DNA from: Balanoglossus misakiensis
Lineage: Eukaryota > Animalia > Hemichordata
Direction of reading: 5' to 3'
Assembly (NCBI GenBank): GCA_040954595.2
Contig: CM082584.2
Coordinates: 10,692,552-10,756,551 of the forward strand
DNA length: 64,000 bases
The notes under the pieces were generated by a model, which saw only the letters and a list, made by a program, of their open reading frames with translations, did no database searches and was not told where the DNA came from. The translations under genes and the position numbers were made by a program. Shown here piece by piece: positions 1 through 56,181 of this stretch. How positions within the stretch are numbered: the stretch's first letter is position 1; the number at the start of each line of letters is the position of its first letter.

Positions 1-470
1 AAGCAAGCCCCTGCACTTGGCAGAATTTGGATACAATTTGCCTGTCAATCATTGTCTGGCTACCTCTTGCCCCCAAAGTCCGCGCCTGATAAAATACATT
101 CAATGAGCGACCTTTATATCCAGACAGAGAGGGGGTGGCCGCAGTGAATGAATTGATGGTAAGTTTCAAATTCACATGTAAAATTTTAACATTTTCTGTT
201 CAAATCCAGCCAGTTCAATGTATTGTTTAATCAACATTCCTGAAATAAAAAAGTTGACAACAAAGTGATTACTACGAGCGGGCATGCATGACAGTATTGA
301 TCGCTGAACTTTCAACAAAATACACTGGTATAGTGGTTTAGTCCAAATGCGTCTTTGTCAAGCTCTCGGGTGCGTGAATATTCATGAGAAACTTATTACT
401 GCGAACGTACATTCACAACGTGAAACTAGTCCTATTATTTCAGAGCACTTGCCAAATGGTCAAATCATGG

Positions 471-703
471 TGGTAAAAGATGAGTGGCCGGCAAGACCGG
501 GCCTAGACGTCCTCCACCTGTGTCAAACGGCTTTTGATGTGAATAATACTTTGCATAAATTACGAGGTCAACATGTGTGGTAGTGCCCGTAGTATCGATC
601 GATCGACCTGGTAAAAAGATGAGCGGCTAGACGTCCTGCTGCCGTGTCTAAACGGCTTTTGACGTGAATAATAATTTGAATAAATTACGAGGTCAACATG
701 TGG
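471..703. repeat. Diverged tandem duplication (~100-bp unit, 2 copies)
   Basis: 471-580 and 609-703 share TGGTAAAA(A)GATGAG...CTAGACGTCCT...AAACGGCTTTTGA.GTGAATAATA.TTTG.ATAAATTACGAGGTCAACATGTG. Confidence 0.85.
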
Positions 704-3700
704 CCGATTTCATCATGTAAATAAAAAACACATGGGTCCAAAAGTTTCAGGCACTCTGATATGCATAGTGGTGTCAGAGGTGTTTCCCACACCAAAACTT
801 AGAAGACAGTCATTTCAATTACGGCCTCCTGCCAAACTCAACACATGCGCACAAAATGGAACTGCAACTTTATTCACAAATCTGCAGAATTCTTGTGCAA
901 AAAACAGACAAACTCAAAATACACATCGCACCATGGTTCACTCTGAATTATTTGGACTTTCACTGGGCCATGTCTCTGCTTGATAGCGTCAGGTTTGCAA
1001 CACATTGTTGCCAAATTTACACATATTGACAAGGTAATCAAAACAACAGGTGTTTTATTACTCGGGGTATCACTAATGCCAGGGAGGTCCGTCTGCGTCT
1101 ATTTGGTCACCAGCATGGCACGCACACTTCCTGTAATTATAATTGCTGTTTTGAGTGCGTCTTTACCTAATTTGAATATCCTGATCAGGTTGTTGGCCTT
1201 GCCCTAGTTGTCTCAAAATGTACATTGATACAAACAATTGCAACATATTAGTCAATACCCTGCCAACTTACGCCAAGTGTACATGTTGTTATGGAAGTTT
1301 ATTTTTAGAACCGCTTGCGTTCTGCATAGGTCACAACACAAAACTTTGAAGCCCATCAGCTAGCCCTGCATAGCGTATGTACAGCTACTGAGACAGGGGA
1401 AATATTAGTAAGGTTGACAACTGACTTGCTCGCTATCAAGATTTAGAAGGAATTTATTTGCTTAGTGAGGCCAGGACATTAATTGCCCCCAACCAAGCAA
1501 AATCCACGTGGGTGGAGCTCATTATCACACATAGACATTGCTACAACTATTGTTCACATCAGGGTGATAATCACCTCCCCATTAGCCCTTCTTGCCGTAA
1601 CACCTGCCCCAAATTGCCGTAATGGAGCACACATTCTTTTGTTTCAAACTACGGGAACCTTTGTAGTTGCCGTAAACTAAGACAAAAAACATCAATTAAC
1701 CAACAAAAGAGGTGTTGCCGTAACATCTCTGCTACAACACTGCTACAACTAGTGCGGGAACTTTCCCGTACAGTTTAGTTGTTGTACGGTGTTGGGACTG
1801 TAAAAACAATAAATTGCAAACTGTTTCACTATGGAAATTGTTCCCCAAACTGAGAAAAGGTTGGGCTGCAAATAACTCAAAAGTGTTTTTAAAAAAAAAA
1901 AGATGAACATTTTCCCTTGCTGCATATTTGCCATCTGGATTAAATATACTGTCTGACCAATCAGATCGCATCTTTTTTATGATTTTATCTTCTGTATAAC
2001 TTACAATATATCCGATTGGTCAGTACATGAAATTTCAACATACCAATGAGAGACCATGCACACTAATAATTTTCTACGACTTTTAATAAAAAAGAACATG
2101 ATCTCTGATTGGTGGTTGAAACCAATAGACTACTGTATGTTCAATTCAAAGACCAATCAGATTCTTTCATATATATTATTTATTTATATATATATAAGTA
2201 TCTCAACTAAGTAATCTCTTGCAAGGCCCACATAAATGTTTTGTTTTAGTTTAATTCAACTAAAACAAAAACAAAGATAAACAGGACCTAGATCTCCATA
2301 TGTGCGGCTCAAAACCAGTACAACATGATGCATTTTGGAATTTGTGAATTCAATGATGAGATGAAAAGAATAATTCATAAACACTTCTACATTTATATCT
2401 GAGAAAAAGAAAAAAATCGTTGAGCTGAACTATGAGCTACAGTTGATGATGTATTATGATGACATACTTTTTTAAACATCAAATTTGAAGAAATGAAAAC
2501 ACTGGACAGCCAATTACACTGAAAAAATGATTAACAAATTTGTGAGCTGTATATATGCATTGCAAAAATTCACTGGACAGAAATTGAGTTAGTAGCATGT
2601 ACAATACACTGTATTTGCAAGCATATCCAATAAAGATGTACATTTATTTGAAGATCTGGACCCATAACCAGTGAGATTGTGTAGTAAACTCCTGAAAATA
2701 TATTGCTCTTCCCCCTGGAAATGGGTTTATTTCCCTATATTTTTTTCACTTTTTTTTTTACAAAGCTTGATTACGAAATCTTACAACAAGGAATAAGCCA
2801 CTTGCACGACCCTGATGTGACCTTCACATCCTGGCATTTTTCTGGCATGAGTTTATATGTCATACCAACAAAATACCAGGATGTAAGGTCACTTCGAGGT
2901 CATGAAAGTGGTATATCGAGTGTTGACATACAGACACAGATTATATATTCTGAGAGAACATACTCGTCTAGCCCACAGAACAATACAATAATTTTACACA
3001 GACGTGTGGAAGAAATGTTTCACCACTGAAAATATTTTTAAGAAATAAATTTTGCATGTTATTCCAAGACCAAGTTCGTCTTTTACTCATCCCTCGCACT
3101 CATTCAGCTGTGCATTTGTTTTGTGCTTCTTTGCTGATTCAAAAAAAAAAAACGCATCTTTCCAAAGTCTGAGACACAAACAATCATACCTAAGAGAACA
3201 CACCTGAATATAAAGTCGAGCTCCTAAACATAAATACAAATCTAGAACAGGCACCAGAAACCAACCACTTTTAATAAAACCACACACTCAGTTCCGTGCA
3301 TGATCACAAACAGATTTTCGGGTAATGCATCCATTTACCACACCCACTCACTACGACTACGAACACTTGTAGGACTTATTCTTGTTCCTCACACCCTTGA
3401 CACCCCCACAAACTGATATATGGGCCGAGCCACTCCACTGAAAACAATGGGGCCGGACCCAAACTACAGGGGTGGAAGGGAACAGGACTTGGAAGTTTAC
3501 AAAGTTGCAATGATATTTTTAAAAAAAACACTTCATGGTTTCTCACATATGACAATCGAAACAAGAGCTGTTAGTACTTAGAATGTCTACTGCGTATTGT
3601 AAAAGACAGTAAAAGTATCAAATATTCAGGTGGGGTTTTATCTCAAAATAAGTCCCTCCCCCTCTGTAGTGTAATCCACTCTTCTCGACTCCTTGAGGTA

Positions 3701-5194
3701 GACGTTCATTATGATAGATTTGATTACCAAGACTACATTACTTAAAAGACGCCAGCGGGGAGGTAAGGGTGGAGGGGCTGGGAAGAGATGGGGGAGTGGG
3801 GGGGCAGTTCAAGACAACAGTTTAGAACATCCTCCACTGTGATCCCAATGGTTGAAACAAATTAGTTCCTCTCTCACCTCTAAAATATCTATCCAACCAC
3901 TGACAATGAACAGAAGGCAAGGAAATGGTCGCTAGTATGTCCCGAGTACATGTATTAAAAGCCATGATTTTGGAATGTTAGCACTGATGTGATACGCATG
4001 AAACGATTGTCATGATTTCTCTGCAGCTGTTACAAAGCACTAGTACCCATGCTTTATCCAGTTGTACGTCTAATCAATTGTTTGTTTCTCTTTTCAATTC
4101 ATGTTTACGGAGATTGAAACAGTCTAAAGGTGATTTGAAGTACTGTAGACCACTAGCACTGCATACCAGTATCATTTCTACTGTGGAAAAAAATCATCTT
4201 TATAATTGTGGCAATAAACGTTGACTTGACTTTTCATTTCTGATACTTGGCTGATTATTCGTTTCTCAATAAACCACTTCCTGCACGCACTTTCTTCCAA
4301 GACTGCTCCTTTTGGGATGAATGAAAACAACTACAACTAAACTCTACCTATAAAGATAATATATCTATATAAATTAATAATTCAAATAATGTTTCCTGCT
4401 ATAAGTTGAGCCATTAAGTTAATATAATTTGCTAAATTATAAAGAAAACATAGGCAAATCTATATACTTTACAGAAAATATTATACATTTTAAAATATAT
4501 AAAACAGAGGATGAATCTGATTTTGATGTGTGGAACTGATGATCTCATTTCTATTTTTCAGAGTAATTTATTGCCACAAGAAATGCATTTGTATTAGAGG
4601 GATACAATGGAGTGGTGCACTTTTTTGTGTGGACACCCAAGAGTAAATATGTGATTGGTTAGACCTGCCCTTTCTGTGGTGACTATGGCTAGATTAGCAC
4701 AGGTGACAGTGTAACTTTAATGGTGCGTGTGTCCTCCCCCCTACTGATTTTCATGCCTTCATCCGTTGCCAGCTGATGCTGACCCTAATCGGTGTGGGAT
4801 GTTCCACTCGAGGGATGTAACGGGGAGGGGAGGCAGAGGGAGGGAGGGGAGGAAATCTCTGTTCGTTTCCTGTTTATTTCCTGCATACAACGTGTGTACA
4901 TGCATGCTTGAGCAGGCATTGGCACTGCTGAGTGTTTTTGAAAACGTGATATTCAGGAAAAAGGAAACGTACTTGGAAGGTAATGAGGCATATTTCCTAG
5001 CTTAATTAGGATAAACAAAAAAAGCCTAATAATAAATTGCTTGGTTTCTTCAGGATGAATACATACAGGTAAAGCGCAGTTTTGGGGGATCTTTTTTTTT
5101 TTAGTTTTCTTGACATGGCGGGTTATTATTAAGCTTACTTCCCATAATTTTCCAGGAAACCAATCGCTTTGCAATTGGTTATGAACTTCCAATG

Positions 5195-47800
<42,606 letters not shown>

Positions 47801-50472
47801 AAGCCGGAACGACCAATATTTGACCTTTTGCTGAAATTGAAACACCATACATCATGTACATAAACGTTTTGGAGTTATGTACGAAAGTTGTGGTGATTTA
47901 CGAACAATTCAACGGTCGAATGTTATAGCTTTTGCTGAAATATCGCGCGTTGAATGACATTTCTTTTGGTTTTCTAGTATAGTCTTTGCCAAGTGCCCGC
48001 CCCCCTGCCACGGACTGATTTGTAACTGGTATTGAGTATTTGAACGAGGCACAGCTAAGGAAATTATGCGGGATTTGGACACCTTGTTTCCATTATATAG
48101 AGTATCATTAACCAGGCAACGCATGTCCACATTTGAATCAAACATAATGTTAATAAAATTCTAATTTATATTTGTAACATCACACTCTATATAGACCGCA
48201 ATGCCGTCAACATTCTCAAATTCTGGGTAATACTTTACTGCGTGCAGTTGGCATGGATTCATCAACTTTCCGGATACCATTAATGCCCGGTAATTTTGCG
48301 ATTTAAGTACTAGTACACTCATTTCAGTTTTTTTATCAACAATATTTATTAAAAAGTTAAAATGTGAGCGCTTCTTGGACTTGGACGGTTCATGATACTC
48401 TGAAATGGGAAAGGTGACTTCAATTCTACTGGTGCATGGCGCGCAATTTTATGCTTTATCACACATTCCAAAAACTTTGGAGCAAAATAAAATAAGTTTG
48501 AAATCCGCCTAACTTTAAGGATGTGAAAAAAGTTTTGGCAGTGAAGATAAGACAAAACTCCACCGGCGCAGTGTCAATCTTTCTGGACCCACAGGATATC
48601 AACAGTCGCACCCCCGGGGTCACACCAGGAGTTCAGTGGAAGCGCAAGGATGATCATGACGTCGATCACTCCACGTGATTTCCCACCTGATTTAATTTAC
48701 ACGATAGGAAACACAAAAGATGTTCATCGTGTAAAAAAAACTCCGTTGGTATATTATTCCTTAATCATCACAGAAAAAAACACGCGAACATGCAATGGTC
48801 AAAATGTAATACCCGACGTGACTGCCTTATAGTTTTGGCTGCCGCCTACGACGAAACTCGACTCCAAACCCTGAAATTTCCTCTTGCTGTACTCTCCCCT
48901 CTACTGTCTATGGTATAATGCAACATTCGTGTCATGCACAGACAGGCAAGGACAACGCGACAGCCAATACTTGCATACTGAACCATTTCCAATTCTCCAC
49001 CAAAGAAACGTCAAAACTGGGGGCGCTATAAAAGTAACAGGCGTCGATTTACAACACAGGCAGCAGATACAAAGAGAGACAGGGTCATCCGCAGTTATCA
49101 TGGTTATACTAATAGTAATACTGCATCATTTGATACTGAAAAAACAGTCCTCTTTACCGACACAAAGTAAAGTATAGTCCTTGATGCAAGAGACAGTTAT
49201 TGATCCACGGCATGTTTTTTTTGTTCCAGGAGTGTTCAACCACTGAATGCAGATTGAGAAAATTAAAACAGCATGAGCTACATTTCTAAGAAAATTTATA
49301 AAGAAAATTTATAGGTTCATTTAGGCTACAATGCAATATACTTCACGATGATCCTAAAAATAATGAAAATGGTTTTAAAATTTATTCCAGGACTGAAAAT
49401 GCCATGCAAATGATAAAAGAACCATTAGCACGAATATGGTTGGTTTCTATAATGTCTAGCGTTTATTATAGGTGTGTTTTTCCCACCGTGCACGCACGCA
49501 CAAACGTACGCACACATAGGGACAAACACACGTTCAAAGTAGAGTTTGGCCACGGGTCGAGTTGCTTGAAAACGATATTTACAATGACAGAGTCGTGCGG
49601 TTACCGATCCATCGCGTGTCGGCTGGAAGCGTCATCATACCTTGGCAAAGATGCAAGCCACGAACAAAAGCGCGCATACAAATGTAAAATACCCGGTCGG
49701 CACGGACAGCGACAAACACACTCTGGAAAGCTAGGGAATTAAATACGGGAAAGATCTGGAATTACGTTGTTTTGCAATATAGGACCTACCCGCTTTTTTT
49801 TCTATCGTCTTTTACAATAAGGAGGATACATGCAGTTTTATTTATACATACATCGAACGCGAGCTGAGCGCCTGTCCAACTGTATTAATGAAAATAGAAA
49901 GCAAGCAATGAGGAACATGATTAAAATTGCAAATCCCATGCGGGTTGCTTTGTTAATTTAGAACTTGGCATCCCAATTTGATTTGGGGCGTGATAGATTA
50001 CCCTGCATTCATTGCCATTATTGGATGCGTGCATTCATCTTTCCTCTGGTCTGAGCGCGACAATTGCGCGCGCGTCAGCAGATGGCTTCATTTGCGCATG
50101 TCATCTCATGCCGTCGTTATCCTCGGTGAAATATTCCATCACAGATTAAACAACATGAAACTATCACCTTCCGTTTATTTGTTCGATTTCATCGTTTCAG
50201 GACCGTGCAATAAAATACAACTCTGACACGTATACATTTTTTTTCAATTCCCTCCACACTCAGACTAAAATATCCATAATATCTACACAAAACCCTGCAC
50301 CAGGCAGAGACACGCTATATAAGACAAAAATTGACTGTTTATATACAGAATACACTCTGTTCTCTCATAAAAACGATTTCAATGAAATAATTTTAATGTT
50401 ACACTTATTGTACACACACTTTTACGGTCTAAGAATTCAATATTTTGTCCCAACGGGGTTTTCTCTCACTCC

Positions 50473-50513
50473 ATTCTCTCGATGAGAATTATCATAATTC
50501 TCATCGAGAGAAT
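50473..50513. repeat. Perfect 41-bp palindrome (20-bp arms, 1-nt centre)
   Basis: ATTCTCTCGATGAGAATTAT-C-ATAATTCTCATCGAGAGAAT. Confidence 0.9.
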
Positions 50514-50774
50514 CGACCCAATCCTTTTAGCTTTCTTTGTCTCGTGATGCGACCACTGGTTATTCAGTATTCAGTATATCATAGGTGTTTGCATTGTCTG
50601 CTCTGACGTACACCATTTTCTTATGGATTATTTCTGTGTACGTCGTACGGGGAGTGTCGGATACCATCTCTTGTCGACGTGGGGTTATACATGTACTGAG
50701 CATCAGACATGTGTCTGTGTTTGAACACTTATGGCGTTTATAATTTTGAAATATGGATTCCATGACTGGTGGTC

Positions 50775-50822
50775 GGATGGATGGATGGAGAGAGAGAAGG
50801 GGGTGGATGGATGGATGGATGG
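50775..50822. repeat. Compound (GGAT)n/(GA)n microsatellite
   Basis: GGATGGATGGATGGAGAGAGAGAAGGGGGTGGATGGATGGATGGATGG. Confidence 0.8.
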
Positions 50823-51791
50823 TTAGACAAACAGGCTAGGGCGTATGTCATCAACAGAATAAGAATGAGGAATATGATAAATCTGATTTTTTGTCATTTT
50901 AACAAATAATTGTTTACACAGCAAAAGTCTACAAAAATAGCCGTACATCATTTGAAACGTGCAACACGAAGAGGCCATTTTATGCTCTACCCTGATAAAA
51001 ATAGTATACGATGTATTTATAAAGAAAACTACTGTAAACAGTCACGAATCATGGTGAAAACATAATATTAAAGTCCAAATTGCTGCCCTATAGAAACTAG
51101 GCAATAAAGCCATGTCGGATCTCCAACCGAGTCGCTTTCAATATGAAATGACCCCTCTCGTCTGACTACCCCAACATGAGCAAACACGTGAGATATACGA
51201 AATTTTCAATTTAGTACATGTGCATTTTGTATGTGTTTTAGATTAATAAGTAAATGAGAACGTGATAACAAACAGGGCTGCGTTGAAGTAACATAGTGTT
51301 TGCCATCGAATTGATCATCGCTAATATTTGCTTTCGGAAGCATCCTTTTCAAAAATTCGACAGACTGAACTATTTATCGCAGAGCTCTCCTTGGTCGGTC
51401 ATCTTCTGAGTTGATCTCAGGTCCTTCAGTTTAGGTAACCTGTAGCAACCATAAGATGAAAATGTCTCCAATCAATGGCGGCATAGGGTGGTAGCCAAGG
51501 TGTATATCTGCGGAGAGTATCCCGGTTACTTTTCCAGGCGCGGATTGGCCAATAGGGATATGCGCACCTGGCCGCTTCATCTGAAACAAACGGAGCATAT
51601 ACTGGTGCAATAAAGGCCTTATGTCACCACTGTCCCATTTGCTATGCGCCATACTTCCAGAATAGCTGTGTGCACCGGGCAGAAAACTGCGTGACGTTGG
51701 CAAGACGAAAATAATGATCATTTTAATAGGAGTACTTGACTTCCGATGAAACCAAAAAGAACGAGCTACTGGTTTCATCATGGACATGGTT

Positions 51792-52241
51792 TCATGGACT
51801 GAGTAAAAGCTTGTTCTCTTCGATACCGTCGAAGTATTCTCTGTCACCCATCAAATCAATGTAAAAAACTGGGTGGCCAGATTCTTGCTTCTCTAGCGCT
51901 TCTCTTTTGAAATGTCCGGTGAAACCCTCATCCGGGTACTCTTGTATCTCTTCTCTGGACAACGGGCGGTTGCCGTAGAAACCGTTTACCTCCTGGAGCA
52001 GATGACGAAGGGTTATGCCTCCTGCGGCGTTTGCTGCAATGTTCAACGGGCGCATGACGTCGGCGTCGTAGGACACAGGAACTTGCAGACTGATTGGTCC
52101 ATCAATGACTATTTGCGCGAGGTCTTCACTCGGGATGCCGACAAAGGTTTCAGTCTTCGGATCATAATAACGTGCGCCCTCAGCCTCCTCCGACAGTCGC
52201 CACGACAACTTCTGCAAGATCTCCATGGAAACTTTGGACAT
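51792..52241 (-). CDS. Intronless 149-aa hypothetical protein (orphan; motif pattern recalls DUF6699-like / giant-virus hypothetical proteins)
   Basis: ATG at 52241 (ACAATG), globular-looking translation, higher GC than flanks. Candidate 5'UTR intron: donor GTGAG 52746-52742, acceptor TTTTTATGTTCTTTTAAG ending 52285. ATTAAA lies at 51727-51722. The family resemblance is from memory of the pattern GITLRHLL..V..FY...L..EE...YIDLMGD..YFDGI and is unverified. Confidence 0.7.
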   Translation of the reverse strand: MSKVSMEILQKLSWRLSEEAEGARYYDPKTETFVGIPSEDLAQIVIDGPISLQVPVSYDADVMRPLNIAANAAGGITLRHLLQEVNGFYGNRPLSREEIQEYPDEGFTGHFKREALEKQESGHPVFYIDLMGDREYFDGIEENKLLLSP

Positions 52242-52936
52242 TGTGTTCTTTAGGTGCACGGTTTGTTGTTGGTGAATACAGTGCCTTAAAAGAACATAAA
52301 AATTTAAATGAGTAGGTTTCAGCTCATACAATATATTCCTGTCGTTCTGGGATGCGAAAGTTGCTCAAACGTTTCTTCCATTATTGAAACTTTTCCCGCA
52401 ATTGTTTATTGATGTTGCTCGTGGGAACTGTTGTTCCGAGTCACTGCAGAAGCTATTTATGTATTTTGAGCCGCTAATGTGCTTCAAAATTTCCCAAAAG
52501 ACATGTCTACAGCTCTTTGGCCAACCATGATGCTAGAAAGACGCGCATCTGTGTAGTAGAGAGCTCGAGAGACAGAGACAGGCGAATTTTCAGCCATACA
52601 TCACTTTTTTTCGGGTAGACGTACGTCTCAATATTGTTTTAGCTGATTTAAGACACCGTTTGCATAGAAGAAGTGTTGTCAATAATTATATTTCTCACAG
52701 CAACTGCAACACTGCAAGCAAAGCAATGACTGTAAATGAAACTCACCGAAAGCACTGCGGTGATTCATATACTGTAATAAGTGAAAATATTTCAAAATGG
52801 CGCTCATGACTAGACTGTTGTGAACACCTGGAAAAAGTCCCTGGAAATGACGTGTATTGTGAACGATTCACTGATAATGTCGTGTTGAAAATCCTGCAGA
52901 GTGGGCCTCTCAAATGTAATTCTGGCATAATCAGCG

Positions 52937-52955
52937 CAGCGCCCTCTTGGGGTCA
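52937..52955 (-). promoter_or_regulatory. CTCF-like motif between the POLR2E 3' end and the orphan gene promoter
   Basis: The minus strand reads TGACCCCAAGAGGGCGCTG versus the CTCF consensus TGGCCACCAGGGGGCGCTA. Confidence 0.35.
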
Positions 52956-53069
52956 CAAACAAAACAAAATGCTGCCTTTCATCTAAAGGCCAAAGACAGG
53001 GCTACATCTTTTATCAGAAATGGCAACCACCTGTTGAGGTCAGGATACTTTTTAAAAAAAAATTGTACT

Positions 53070-53075
53070 TTTATT
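53070..53075 (-). terminator. Candidate polyadenylation signal of POLR2E
   Basis: AATAAA on the minus strand about 280 nt downstream of the POLR2E stop. Confidence 0.5.
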
Positions 53076-53354
53076 ATAAAAAAACGCCTGAAATAATACT
53101 TAGTAACAAGTATTACAATATCATCCTGTGTAAGCCAACAGTTCATACTTGAATGTGTATCTCTCGTGTATCTTCTACAGAATATTTCTTACAGAATTTT
53201 TGTGTGACATGATTTTTCTTCGGGCAGATGACTCAACAGGAAAGTAGAGACAGCATGCATTGACCATCAGTGGGGTTTGATCGGCTTGACCTTTGACATC
53301 AGACTGGCAGGACTGATGCTAATAATCTTCAACATGGCTGAAGTGTCAGATGCT

Positions 53355-55346
<1,992 letters not shown>

Positions 55347-55991
55347 CCCTCAAGATGAAAGAGTTAAACAATTATATCTGGTGTGATGAATTAGAGGCTT
55401 AAAATCGCTTTCTTCACCGACTAACTACCACCACACACGTTTCTCCGACCCAAGCAAGATGGCGCTTCACTACAATCTCGCGAGATTATGCGTGATGAAA
55501 TAACGTTTAGGTTGAGTCCATTGTAAAATAGGTTTATCCGGGAAATGTGATCGCCTTTTCCAGCGTATCTATCATTCAGGCTATCAAAAATATAACAAAA
55601 ATCAAACATTTTGGAGAGTAATTTCTCTACAAAATTCTTTAACTTCAGAACGATAAGACTTTATCTAATTTACCATTACACTTGAGTTCACCCTACCCAA
55701 ACTGTAAAATGGAACATGAAGAGAAGCCCCGTGCGTGTGACAATCTAAAAATAGACACGTCGTGGTTGGAAACGAGGCAAAGGGGATTCCGCTGGCACCA
55801 GTATGGATGACGGCGACTGGATCGCTTCTTACTAGTTGGTCAAACGCAAAATAAACAGATCGGATGATGTCACCAAACCAGTGTCATAACCATGTCAGTG
55901 TATTCAGGGATAAAATACGCCTGTGCTAGAATGTAAAACATCATTGAATTTATTGTGAAAATAACTTGAAGCGGTACATACAAGACAAGTA

Positions 55992-56181
55992 TATAGGGCA
56001 GGTTTGTCTTAACCGCCATCTTGGAAACAAGGTGCGTTGTGGGATAGAATTGGAAGGTTTTGGAGGGATAATTGGAGGGTTCATTATGCACATGTGCATA
56101 ATTACCCCTCCAAAACCCTCCAATTCTATCCCACAACGCACCTTGTTTCCAAGATGGCGGTTAAGACAAACCTGCCCTATA
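55992..56181. mobile_element. 190-bp foldback / MITE-like inverted repeat
   Basis: Arms 55992-56073 and 56100-56181 are reverse complements at 80/82 positions, with a 26-nt spacer. The ends read TA-TAGGGCAGG...CCTGCCCTA-TA, compatible with a TA target-site duplication. No coding capacity. The inverted repeat is certain; the MITE identity is an inference. Confidence 0.7.

Noticed and set aside
51431-51847. 138-aa minus-strand ORF overlapping the end of the orphan gene; also possible TGA readthrough or selenocysteine at 51794-51792
   Set aside because: No recognisable homology and it crosses the likely poly(A) signal. In-frame readthrough adds only about 22 codons and I saw no SECIS-like structure.
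51912-52253. 113-aa plus-strand ORF
   Set aside because: Antisense shadow of the 149-aa orphan CDS.
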